Shown: piece after piece, positions 8,571 through 16,787 of the stretch
Layout of the letters: each line of letters opens with the position of its first letter
Position numbering within the stretch: the stretch's first letter is position 1
Assembly (NCBI GenBank): GCA_035526765.1
Contig: DATLBS010000030.1
Span: 191,153 to 255,152, forward strand
DNA length: 64,000 nucleotides
Direction of reading: 5' to 3'
From: Thermoplasmatota archaeon
Lineage (GTDB): Archaea > Thermoplasmatota > E2 > JACPAO01 > JAHFTW01
The notes under the pieces: model-generated
What the model saw: only the letters and a program-made list of their open reading frames with translations
Databases searched by the model: none
What the model was told of the DNA's origin: nothing
Made by a program: the position numbers and the translations under genes

Positions 8571-9230
8571 TCACGACGCGGCGAGGTCGCGCAAGGCCGT
8601 GGCCAGCCCCGCGGGCGCCTCCGACGGGATGAAGTGCGCGGACCCCGGCACCATCTCTGGTTTGATGCCCAGTCGCGCAAGGGCCGCCTTGTGGTGGTCC
8701 TCCCCGTGGTCGGCGCTCAGCGCACCCCAGAGGAGGTGACGAGGGCCTCCCAGCCCTTCCAGCGTTTCCATCCACGACTCCTTGCCGCCATCCCCGGTGG
8801 CAAGTTCCTGGCTCATGGCGTGGAAGACGCGCCAGTCCCATTTTGCGATCCACTCCGCGTAGGTGCCTTCGCCCGTTTGGATGGGCGCCATCCTGCGAAG
8901 GAAACCGGCCCTGGCCTCGGCATCTGGGGTCAGGCCGAGCTCCAGGGTAGGCCTGACCACGAAACCGGCGCGCGGCACGACGTGGGGCTCGACGAGGACC
9001 AGCATGCGGGGCCGCGCCAGCTGCGCCACGCGGATGGCGATCGTGCCGCCCATGGAGTGCCCGACCAGGATGTCAGCGGGCCGCACCTGGGCAGCGATGC
9101 GGCGCGCCTGCGCCAGGATGCCCCACTCCAAGGGCAGGGCCGAAGTGGGACCGTCCGCCCCGTGCAGGGGGACGGCGACCAGCTCATGGTCTGGGCGCAG
9201 GGCGGCGGCGACGCGGGGCCAACCCTGCAA
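8571..9230 (-). CDS. Alpha/beta hydrolase. N-terminus unresolved; the HGxG motif lies upstream of any start codon, so a frameshift or non-canonical start is possible.
   Basis: GHSMGG nucleophile elbow. The in-frame upstream translation …PIRFVAIHGLGCSALQGW contains the oxyanion-hole motif but has no ATG, GTG or TTG before the stop at 9351. An ATG in the +1 frame sits 5' of a G5 run at 9270-9274. Confidence 0.6.
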   Translation of the reverse strand: MQGWPRVAAALRPDHELVAVPLHGADGPTSALPLEWGILAQARRIAAQVRPADILVGHSMGGTIAIRVAQLARPRMLVLVEPHVVPRAGFVVRPTLELGLTPDAEARAGFLRRMAPIQTGEGTYAEWIAKWDWRVFHAMSQELATGDGGKESWMETLEGLGGPRHLLWGALSADHGEDHHKAALARLGIKPEMVPGSAHFIPSEAPAGLATALRDLAAS

Positions 9231-9620
9231 GGCGGAGCAGCCGAGACCGTGGATGGCGACGAAGCGGATGGGGGCCGCGAAGCGTCGCCGCGACTTTGGG
9301 ATTGCGGCACGTGGTCGTGGAGGACGAGGAGCATCCCCGCCCAGGAGGTGCTACTTCTGGGCCAGCTGCTCGCGGCGGCGGGGCTTGTCGAACCAGGACT
9401 CAGTGAGGTCCGTGTCGTCGCCGTCGAGGGCGAACGCGTCGACGCCGAGGTGGCGGCGCAGCAGGTTCTGCATCGGGTTGGTCTCGGGCATGCATTCCAC
9501 CGGGAGTCGACCAGGGAGGGAGGCCCCCTTAAGCCCATCTGCGGGGTTCACGGCGGCAGGCGAAACGAAGTCCCTGCGGCGCCGGCAAGAGCCGAACAAA
9601 TCAATCCAACCTGAACATGT

Positions 9621-10175
9621 TCACGTTTCCAGGAGAAGCGGCGCCCAGGCTCTGTGGACCAGGCGGTCATGACTTTCCCGGGGGACGTGGGGCACCAGCT
9701 GCTGGTCGAAGCCGATCCCCCACGCAAGCCGCAGCCGGGGCATCAGCCGGTCGTAGTGGCCACCGCCCCGTCCAAGCCGTCCGCCCGCCCGGTCCCAGGC
9801 CACGCCTGGAACGGTGGCAAGGTCGATCTCCTCCGGCGCCACCGGCGCCTTCCCCACTGGTTGCGGGATGCCTAGCGGTCCCGCCTCGAACCCATGCCAC
9901 CCGTCCACGGCATGCAGCGAGAGCCCGTCCGGCGTCACGCGGGGGAAGAGCACGCGCTTGCTCGCCCGCCACGCGCCATTGGCCAACCCCACCGTCGAGA
10001 ACTCGGGGGGAACGCTGCGGTAAAGGAGCACGGAGCGCGCCGCCCGCCACTCGGGGGAATCCTGGATGGCCGCGGTGAGGAGCTCCTCCTGCAACGCGCG
10101 GCTTGCGGGGGACAGCTTGAGCAGCCGGGCGCGGATGTCCGCCCGCATCGCGCGCTTGAGGGCTGGCACATCCAC
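9621..10175 (-). CDS. 5-formyltetrahydrofolate cyclo-ligase (MTHFS)
   Basis: 184 aa. …IDLATVPGVAWDRAGGRLGRGGGHYDR… matches the MTHFS core (IDLxxVPGVAFDxxGxRLGxGxGYYDR). GTG start at 10175; alternative ATG at 10148. Confidence 0.8.
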   Translation of the reverse strand: MDVPALKRAMRADIRARLLKLSPASRALQEELLTAAIQDSPEWRAARSVLLYRSVPPEFSTVGLANGAWRASKRVLFPRVTPDGLSLHAVDGWHGFEAGPLGIPQPVGKAPVAPEEIDLATVPGVAWDRAGGRLGRGGGHYDRLMPRLRLAWGIGFDQQLVPHVPRESHDRLVHRAWAPLLLET

Positions 10176-10209
10176 GCACCTGCACCGCCGTGCCGCGAAA
10201 AGTCCTTGG

Positions 10210-10222
10210 CCCCCCCCCCCCC
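10210..10222. repeat. C13 homopolymer (G13 on the minus strand) in the 60-bp divergent promoter region between MTHFS and a lipoprotein gene
   Basis: Thirteen consecutive C read directly. Roughly 0.1 such tracts are expected by chance in 64 kb at this composition. Confidence 0.9.
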
Positions 10223-10234
10223 GGTGGCCCCACC

Positions 10235-10699
10235 ATGCGGTTTGTCGCGATAACGGTGTGTATCCTTTTGGCGGGTTGTCTGGGGAACGGTACGGAGAAT
10301 GGGGAAACCGCGACGCGTGGCACTCCTTTGGGATCCTCGACCACAGACGCTTCCACCACGCCTCCAGTCGCGGTGCACATCCACGAGAAGGGGAATTTCA
10401 CTACGGGTGTCGACAGGAGCTGGACATGGACGGTCTCCGAGGGGTCCACGAAGTCGGCGGTCTCGCTTTGCTTGGCCGGCCCCGCCGGAACCTACACGGG
10501 CGACCACTTTGGATATACCCTCAAGGGCCCTGGCGTGATGATGGGGCGCGAACCCATCGATAGCGTCTCTGCTAGCGACACGTCTTCCGACAATTGCTAC
10601 TTCGACGACGTATCCATGTCGCCTGGTGAATGGAAGATGACGTTCAAGGTAAAGTCTGGCGTGGGGACGTACACGGCCGAAGTCACCGTCGAATATTGA
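10235..10699 (+). CDS. Small secreted lipoprotein (hypothetical)
   Basis: MRFVAITVCILLAGCLGNG gives a lipobox (LAGC). A Thr/Ser-rich segment and NGT/NFT sequons follow. 154 aa. Confidence 0.55.
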   Translation: MRFVAITVCILLAGCLGNGTENGETATRGTPLGSSTTDASTTPPVAVHIHEKGNFTTGVDRSWTWTVSEGSTKSAVSLCLAGPAGTYTGDHFGYTLKGPGVMMGREPIDSVSASDTSSDNCYFDDVSMSPGEWKMTFKVKSGVGTYTAEVTVEY

Positions 10700-11110
10700 A
10701 CGGCCCCGCAAGGCGCCACTGCGACTTCACGCGGATGTCGCGGAACACGCGGAGATTTGCCCCCCCGAGCCAGACGCCGCCACCACGAGTCCGCGTTCTC
10801 CGTGCGTTCCGCGTGACGTCTTCGGCGGCGCGGCTGCGCCGCGCCCCAAATCCATCGCTTGCAATACCAACCCGTTGGGCTAGCCGGCCGCGCCGCCGTC
10901 GCAGGAGTGTTTGACTGGTTGGGGGTCTACGACGGACCGATGGGTCGTGCCGGGACCAGGGCGACCCATCCAAGTCATCTGTGGCATCTGTGGGTTCGGC
11001 AGGTCGCGCAACACCGCAACAGGAAACCGCACCTCCCATTCTCTGCGACCTCTGCGGCTGGCAGTCGCGCAGGGCGGAACGCTCATGAGCAATCCTCGCG
11101 TCGCGCCGGC

Positions 11111-12208
11111 ATGGGACAGGACGTCGCCCGCTGGCTGAAGGGCTACGACGCAGCGGACCTCACGATCGCGACCGCGGTGAGCCACTCCAGCCTGCAGATC
11201 TTCCACGGCGCCAAGGCCGAGGGATTCAAGACGCTGGCCATCTCCGCCGGCGACCGCGACGTGCGCTACTATGACGCCTTCCCGCGCGCGCGCCCGGACC
11301 GCATCCTGAAGCTCCCCAAGTACACGGACCTCCTGGCCATGGCGGAGGAGCTCCGGGCGGAGAACACCCTGCTGGTGCCGCATGGATCCCTCGTGGAGTA
11401 CCTGGGCCCGGACAACTACATCAACATCGGGCTGCCCATCTACGGCAACCGCTCGGTGCTGCACTGGGAGTCCGACCGCGACAAGCAGCGCGAATGGCTG
11501 GAGGCCGCCGGCATCCGCATGCCCCGCAAGATCGGCGACCCCACCGACATCCTCGAGCCGGCCATCGTGAAGTACCACGGCGCCAAGGGCGGACGCGGCT
11601 TCTTCATCGCGAAATCGTACCACGACTTCAAGCGCCACATCCAGGAGGGGCAGCCGTACACCATCCAGGAGTTCGTGATGGGCACGCGCTACTACCTGCA
11701 CTACTTCTACAGCCCCCTCGTCCCCGACGGCTACGCGGTCAAGGTCACGGACGCCAAGGGCAAGGAGATCGCCAAGGGTTCCCTGCAGATGCTCTCCATC
11801 GACCGCCGCGACGAGTCCAACATCGACGAGATGAACCGCTTGGGGTCGCTCAAGGACATGGACGAGATGGGCATCGCGCCCACCTTCGTCGTCACCGGCA
11901 ACATCCCCATGGTCATCCGCGAGTCCCTCCTGCCCGAGGTGTTCCGCATGGGCGAGGCCGTCGTCAAGGAGGCCTACAAGCGCTTTGGCGGCCTGTGGGG
12001 CCCCTTCTGCCTGGAGACGGTCGTCACGGACCAGCTGGAGTTCCGCGTCTTCGAGATCTCCGCGCGCATCGTGGCCGGCACGAACCCGTTCATCGGCGGG
12101 TCCCCGTACTCCGACATGATCGAGCCAGGCATGAGCACGGGCCGCCGCATCGCCAAGGAGATCAAGCTCGCGGCCGCCACGGGGCGCCTGGACAAGATCC
12201 TGGGATAG
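11111..12208 (+). CDS. purP: 5-formaminoimidazole-4-carboxamide ribonucleotide synthetase (PurP, archaeal FAICAR synthetase)
   Basis: Aligns end-to-end with M. jannaschii PurP: LTIATAVSHSSLQIFHGAKAEGF vs ITIATLGSHTSLHILKGAKLEGF; …GNRSVLHWESDR…YHGAKGGRGFFIA…IPMVIRESLLP…FEISARIVAGTN…. Start at the ATG at 11111. Confidence 0.9.
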   Translation: MGQDVARWLKGYDAADLTIATAVSHSSLQIFHGAKAEGFKTLAISAGDRDVRYYDAFPRARPDRILKLPKYTDLLAMAEELRAENTLLVPHGSLVEYLGPDNYINIGLPIYGNRSVLHWESDRDKQREWLEAAGIRMPRKIGDPTDILEPAIVKYHGAKGGRGFFIAKSYHDFKRHIQEGQPYTIQEFVMGTRYYLHYFYSPLVPDGYAVKVTDAKGKEIAKGSLQMLSIDRRDESNIDEMNRLGSLKDMDEMGIAPTFVVTGNIPMVIRESLLPEVFRMGEAVVKEAYKRFGGLWGPFCLETVVTDQLEFRVFEISARIVAGTNPFIGGSPYSDMIEPGMSTGRRIAKEIKLAAATGRLDKILG

Positions 12209-12353
12209 CGCCGTACCCCTGCACTTGGCAGCCACGCCCACACACACCTGGGATTCGCAGGGGTTTCGCCGGCCTGCCGAAAGGAATCGGCCAGCGCATG
12301 TCCGAGCGAGGCCACGTGCGGTGCATGAATCATGGCCTGGGCTGCGGCCCGTG

Positions 12354-13058
12354 ATGACCATGAACACGAAACTGAACCTGGGGATGGCGGCCTTGGTGGC
12401 CCTGCTTGTCGTGCTGCCCGGCGCCTCCGCGATCCCCCAACCCCCGAAGGAAGTGCCGAACGCGCGCAACCTCGCCCAAATGGCTGTCAAAACCGTCGAT
12501 TCGGCGAAGGACCCCACGCACTGCCCCGCGTACAACGACGCCAACGACGACTATTTCGGTGGCCTGCAGGACAGCTGCGCCTACACGTGCCCTGGCCCTG
12601 GGGGAAGCATCAGCGGATGGGTCGATGCCGACGACAGTGATGCCACGGTGACCCTGAACAGCACTTGCGCGAGTGGCCAGCTGCACTGCAACCAGACGGA
12701 TTCGTGCGATGACACTGATACGTATCGGGGATCCGGTGCGGGCACTTGCGACATCAGCACGGACGAGGCGTTCACTGACGGTGTGAGCTGGGGGTGCAGT
12801 TCCAGCATCGAGGACGAGCCGCCTGTGCCTACCTGCGATGTCCCCCTCACCTGCGAGCTCATCAACTTCCTGAGGGATCTGATCGGGGGTACGGAGACTG
12901 GTTCCCGGACGCACTCCGTCTCCATGAGGATTGACGCCAACGGCACCGCTGGCCTTTCCTGCGTCGGCTCGGCCTGCTACAGCTTCGTCCCCCTCTGCAC
13001 CAAGACGGTGTCCGAGGACGCGGGCGTCATGGTCACCCGCCTCACCTGCGGCGTCTAA
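12354..13058 (+). CDS. Secreted cysteine-rich protein (hypothetical)
   Basis: Signal peptide MTMNTKLNLGMAALVALLVVLPGASA, 18 Cys, sequons NST, NQT and NGT. 234 aa. Confidence 0.5.
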   Translation: MTMNTKLNLGMAALVALLVVLPGASAIPQPPKEVPNARNLAQMAVKTVDSAKDPTHCPAYNDANDDYFGGLQDSCAYTCPGPGGSISGWVDADDSDATVTLNSTCASGQLHCNQTDSCDDTDTYRGSGAGTCDISTDEAFTDGVSWGCSSSIEDEPPVPTCDVPLTCELINFLRDLIGGTETGSRTHSVSMRIDANGTAGLSCVGSACYSFVPLCTKTVSEDAGVMVTRLTCGV

Positions 13059-13110
13059 GGCCAACCGGTGGCCCAAAGGGCTCATGTGATCTTTTCCATC
13101 TTCCCCCCTT

Positions 13111-13896
13111 GTGAACGCGGTGGCGCTGGTCATGGTCGCCCTGCTTTTGGCCGGATGCACCCACCCCCCGATTGTGGCCCACACTCCGCCGTTCCAGCGG
13201 AATATGCTCACTAACCTGGAGTATCCCAGCCTGGAGATCCTCACCTACTACATGGAAGGGAACGCGCCTTTGCCAGAAGCATTGGAGACCTTGGCATCGC
13301 GCATCAAGGAACTCACCGCGAAGCAGGAAGTCATCCTCGATCCCCCCCTCCAGCTTCCGTGGACCAGCGTGAAGGGGCGTGATTGGACCAGGGATCGATC
13401 GCTGGATACGGACGACATCCCCCGAAAGCGCTCGGACCACATCCTGTATCTTCGCGTCTTTTACCTCGATGGCAAGGTCGGGGACACTAGTTACGGGCAA
13501 GCCGCGGGCGCATACGGGTTCGACCAGATCACAATCTACCCAGAGACGTTCCGGGACCGGCCCTTCGTCAGTGTGGGGCCGGTGCGAGTCCCCTATTCGG
13601 ACGCTGCCGAAAGGAACCTGGTCTACGAGACCGAGGTGCTGCTCCACGAGGCAGGACATGCGATGGGGCTGGTCAACAATGGCATCCCGATGGTGCACAG
13701 CCACGTCGACGCGTCGGAACCCTGCCGCTGCCATTCCTCGAACACCCGTAGCATCATGTTCTCGGGGTTGGACTCAATCCCTCTTGATTCCTTGGTAGAC
13801 CCCCGCGAGATCCCGCGACACGACTTCGACGCCGACGACCTCGCTGACATCAAGGCCTTCCAGGACGCGGCCCGCGCAGAAGCCAGCACCCGGTGA
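13111..13896 (+). CDS. Putative zinc metallopeptidase lipoprotein (HExxH)
   Basis: Lipobox LLLAGC after a GTG start. HEAGHAMGL zinc-binding motif. 261 aa. Confidence 0.6.
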   Translation: MNAVALVMVALLLAGCTHPPIVAHTPPFQRNMLTNLEYPSLEILTYYMEGNAPLPEALETLASRIKELTAKQEVILDPPLQLPWTSVKGRDWTRDRSLDTDDIPRKRSDHILYLRVFYLDGKVGDTSYGQAAGAYGFDQITIYPETFRDRPFVSVGPVRVPYSDAAERNLVYETEVLLHEAGHAMGLVNNGIPMVHSHVDASEPCRCHSSNTRSIMFSGLDSIPLDSLVDPREIPRHDFDADDLADIKAFQDAARAEASTR

Positions 13897-13947
13897 GGCA
13901 TCAAAGCCTTCCAAGACGCTGTCAGCGCAGAAGCCAGTACGCGATGA
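13848..13947. repeat. Diverged tandem duplication (2 x about 49 bp) of the 3' coding end plus stop of the metallopeptidase gene
   Basis: catcaaggccttccaggacgcggcccgcgcagaagccagcacccggtga, then 2 nt later catcaaagccttccaagacgctgtcagcgcagaagccagtacgcgatga. About 41/49 bases identical and in frame (IKAFQDAARAEASTR* / IKAFQDAVSAEASTR*). Confidence 0.8.
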
Positions 13948-14125
13948 ACCCGAAGCCCACCGCCGTATAGGCCCACGCGACCCATGTCACCCACCGCAGG
14001 ATGCGGCTGCGGCGCACCGCGGACGGGCTTGTTCCCTCCGGCCGTGCCTCGATGGGCCGGTTGGGCTCGAACTTGGAGAAGGGCACATCCACCGGCACGC
14101 GGGCCACCCATGAGGCTTTGCCCCC

Positions 14126-14863
14126 GTGACGCGTGGCCGGCGCGTGCTGCGCATCCTCCTTGCGGAGGCCGAACTGGAACTGGCGCCCCCCGAGATCGCG
14201 GGCCACCCCGCCGTGCGGGCCAGCGCGAAGGCGCAGGACAAGCGGCCGGGGCTCGTGCTGCTGGACCAGAACCTGCACGGCGCCGCACTGGGCAAGCTCG
14301 ACGAGGGCGCGCGCCGCGGCCGGCCCGACATCGTGCACTATTGCCTGCTGACCCTGCTCGAGTCCCCCCTTTGCAAGGCGGGCGGGCTGGAGGTCGCTGT
14401 CCACACGCGGCACCGCCTCCTCATCCGCATCAAGCCCGAGACCCGCCTGCCACGCGGCGAGGCCCGGTTCCAGGGTCTCATCGGGAAGGTCCTGCGCGAC
14501 GGGCGGAGCCAGGACAAGAAGCCCCTCATCTGGGTGGAGGACGAGATGAGCCCTGCGCAGGCGCTGCACGCGTTCGCGAGGGGGCCCGTCCTGCGCCTGG
14601 ACGAGGGGGGCGCCCTGATCCTGCCCGCGGACCTCGCAGGGCGCGCCGATGCCGCCGGCGACCTCACCCTCGTGCTTGGCGCGTTCCCGTCGGGCGCCTT
14701 CAGCCCGGAATGGGTCGAGGCCGCGCCGCAGGCCGCCTCCATCTGGCGGGACCCTCTGAACGCCTGGGCGGTGGCGGCCGAGGTCGTGGCCGGCCACCGC
14801 GCGCGCTGGGGGCCGGCGGACGCACCCCCGGGGGCGCCCGCGGCGCCACCCGCGAAGGCCTGA
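14126..14863 (+). CDS. nep1: Ribosomal RNA small subunit methyltransferase Nep1 (Emg1, SPOUT class; pseudouridine-N1 methyltransferase)
   Basis: GRPDIVHYCLLTLLESPL and IKPETRLPRGEARFQGLIGKVL match Mj Nep1 ([40 protein letters not shown]). GTG start at 14126; alternative GTG at 14144. Confidence 0.85.
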   Translation: MTRGRRVLRILLAEAELELAPPEIAGHPAVRASAKAQDKRPGLVLLDQNLHGAALGKLDEGARRGRPDIVHYCLLTLLESPLCKAGGLEVAVHTRHRLLIRIKPETRLPRGEARFQGLIGKVLRDGRSQDKKPLIWVEDEMSPAQALHAFARGPVLRLDEGGALILPADLAGRADAAGDLTLVLGAFPSGAFSPEWVEAAPQAASIWRDPLNAWAVAAEVVAGHRARWGPADAPPGAPAAPPAKA

Positions 14864-14865
14864 GC

Positions 14866-15513
14866 TCAGCGGCCGGCCGGGGCGGCCTCGCCGCTGGCGG
14901 GAGCCGCCTGCGACGCGAGGGACGCCTGCAGGCGGACCGTGACAAGGAGGAGCCACCCCACCATGAGGACGGCCATGAGGCGCTGCACGAGGGGGTTGAT
15001 GGCCCATTCGAGCCCGTCGCTGAACCCCCACAGGTACCCAACGCCCATGATGGTGGCTGGCCAGGCGTAGGAGCGCCCCGTGACGGCCCCGAGGCGCGGG
15101 TCGCGGCGGCCGGCGTCCACGAGGACCAGCATGGCCGAGGACTCCAGCGTGATCGAGGCGATGGCGGCCAGGACATGCAGGTAGCCGCCGAAGGTGGTGG
15201 GCCAGTCGGTAGGGTCGGTGGGGAAGAGGGCCAGCAGGAGGAACGTGGCCCCCGCCCCCCACAGCAGGGCCGTGCCGAGGCGGACGTCCTTGTCCCGCGG
15301 CGACAGTTCGCGCAGCACGGAGGCAAGGCTCGCCAGGCCCAGCGTGATGGACAGGATGGCCAGGCTCCAGAGCCAGCCGCCGCTCTGGAAGACGAAGTTG
15401 CTCATGTGCCGGGGCTGGGCGCCCCAGTTGAGGAAGTGGAGGGCGGCCATCGCGGCGCCGAAGGCCAGGAACCCGGCAAGGGCGGCGCGCAACCGGATGG
15501 GCGCCGGCATCAT
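14866..15513 (-). CDS. Integral membrane protein (DUF998-like, hypothetical)
   Basis: 215 aa with about 6 predicted TM helices, Trp-rich loops and ordinary codon usage. Converges on nep1 with a 2-nt gap. Confidence 0.6.
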   Translation of the reverse strand: MMPAPIRLRAALAGFLAFGAAMAALHFLNWGAQPRHMSNFVFQSGGWLWSLAILSITLGLASLASVLRELSPRDKDVRLGTALLWGAGATFLLLALFPTDPTDWPTTFGGYLHVLAAIASITLESSAMLVLVDAGRRDPRLGAVTGRSYAWPATIMGVGYLWGFSDGLEWAINPLVQRLMAVLMVGWLLLVTVRLQASLASQAAPASGEAAPAGR

Positions 15514-15565
15514 CGGGCCCCGATGCGGGAGGCATGCTTGTAGGCTTTGCCTTGTGGCTGGGGGT

Positions 15566-15820
15566 TCAGTGGGCGAAGGAATGCACGTAGCCGCACGCGG
15601 AGCAGATGACGGCGACGGCGTCCCGGTTGGCCCAGTCCAGCTTCATGAAGGTGAGGCCGGCCGTGTTCAGGAGGATCCGCTTCGACCAGAACCTTCCCCC
15701 GCCGCACACGAGGCACGCAAGGTCCTTGCCGCCGACCCGGAACGCCTGCGGCTGGTCCTCGGGGATGCGGTCGGGAAGGAGCCCCATGGGCCAGGGCATC
15801 GGGTCGCCCGCTGAAAACAT
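15566..15820 (-). CDS. Small zinc-ribbon protein, paralog 1 (CxxC…CxxCGY)
   Basis: LACLVCGGGRFW…VICSACGYVHSF. Starts 4 nt after the stop of paralog 2. Confidence 0.55.
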   Translation of the reverse strand: MFSAGDPMPWPMGLLPDRIPEDQPQAFRVGGKDLACLVCGGGRFWSKRILLNTAGLTFMKLDWANRDAVAVICSACGYVHSFAH

Positions 15821-15824
15821 GCTG

Positions 15825-16019
15825 CTAGCGGAAGATCTGGCTGTGGCCGCACCGGGCGCATTCGAACCGGTTGAAGGAGCGCCAGGGAGCGAGCAGGGGG
15901 CCGGCGCGGGCGGAGGTGCGCAGCCAGGCCTGGGACCGGATGCTCTGCTCGCTGCTGCAGTGGGGGCAGAGGACCGGGCGGCCCTGCCAGGTGTGCCGCT
16001 CGGGGGACGGCCGGGCCAT
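15825..16019 (-). CDS. Small zinc-ribbon protein, paralog 2 (CxxC…CxxCGH)
   Basis: VLCPHCSSEQ…FECARCGHSQIF has the same spacing pattern as paralog 1. Its ATG at 16019 abuts the atpD stop (16020-16022). Confidence 0.55.
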   Translation of the reverse strand: MARPSPERHTWQGRPVLCPHCSSEQSIRSQAWLRTSARAGPLLAPWRSFNRFECARCGHSQIFR

Positions 16020-16670
16020 CTAGGCCTGCGCGGCCGCGGCCTTCACTTTCGACTTGGCCTTGATCCTCTTCATGCTGAAGAGGCCCTCGCGCTCCATCTC
16101 CTCGAGGCGCAGGCCGATGAACTTGCGGACTTCCTCGAGCTCGGGCAGGACCTTGAACTCGAGGGCGTTGACGCGGCGCTTGGTCTTCTCGACCTCGTCC
16201 AGGAGGCGCTTGATGGCGGTCTCCAGCTCGGCCGCGAGGATGAGCTGCTCCACGAGGGCCTCGTAGGACCCGACGGCCTCGTCGATGGCGGGGCTGGTGC
16301 CGACCAGTCCATAGCCGCGCTGGCTCAGGGGGTGGCGGACCGAGGAGGCGGAGATCTTGGGGACCTTCACGCCCATGATGTTGTGCTCCTTCAGCTGCAC
16401 CTGGGGCGGGTGGGTGACGGTCATCGCGACGGAGCGCACGGTGATGGCGCCCTCGATGGCGGAGGCGACCTGGATGGACTCCTGGGCGGCCTGGTAGCGC
16501 TTCACGAGGTCGCTGCGGATGGACTTGACCTTGGGAAGGATGGCGAAGACCTCGTACATGAGGCCGTCCCGCTTCTTCTTGAGCAGGTTGTAGCCCGACT
16601 TGGACAACGCGATCTTGCGCTTCACGTTGATGAGCTCAGAGCGTGTCGGGGTGACGTTCTGGGCGGCCAT
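16020..16670 (-). CDS. atpD: A/V-type ATP synthase subunit D
   Basis: MAAQNVTPTRSELINVKRKIALSKSGYNLLKKKRDGL… is the canonical V/A-ATPase subunit D N-terminus. 216 aa, basic and coiled-coil. Confidence 0.9.
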   Translation of the reverse strand: MAAQNVTPTRSELINVKRKIALSKSGYNLLKKKRDGLMYEVFAILPKVKSIRSDLVKRYQAAQESIQVASAIEGAITVRSVAMTVTHPPQVQLKEHNIMGVKVPKISASSVRHPLSQRGYGLVGTSPAIDEAVGSYEALVEQLILAAELETAIKRLLDEVEKTKRRVNALEFKVLPELEEVRKFIGLRLEEMEREGLFSMKRIKAKSKVKAAAAQA

Positions 16671-16787
16671 TCAGGCGCGCGACTCAGGCCTCCGACATAA
16701 GGCTTGGGTGGAAGGGGAAGGTTGGCTTCGGCAACGCAAGCACTGTCCGGAACCCTTTCAAGCAGCCCCCGGCCTGCGGCGACCAGC

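Noticed and set aside
10861-10872. 12-mer TGCAATACCAAC shared with 53738-53749
   Set aside because: About 100 chance 12-mer coincidences are expected in 64 kb. There is no extended similarity around either copy.
10683-11039. 118-aa minus ORF in the purP upstream region
   Set aside because: It has biased Arg/Gly composition, no start context and no family resemblance.
10900-11060. tRNA-like element in the purP upstream region (GGGTTCGG, stem-loops)
   Set aside because: No cloverleaf can be drawn. There is no T-loop consensus with a matching acceptor stem.
13922-15535. 537-aa minus-strand ORF
   Set aside because: It lies antisense to nep1 and the DUF998-like gene and is Arg/Pro/Gly-rich. Only its last 60 codons (13922-14125, a hydrophobic helix) could be a separate small ORF, and that has no canonical start.
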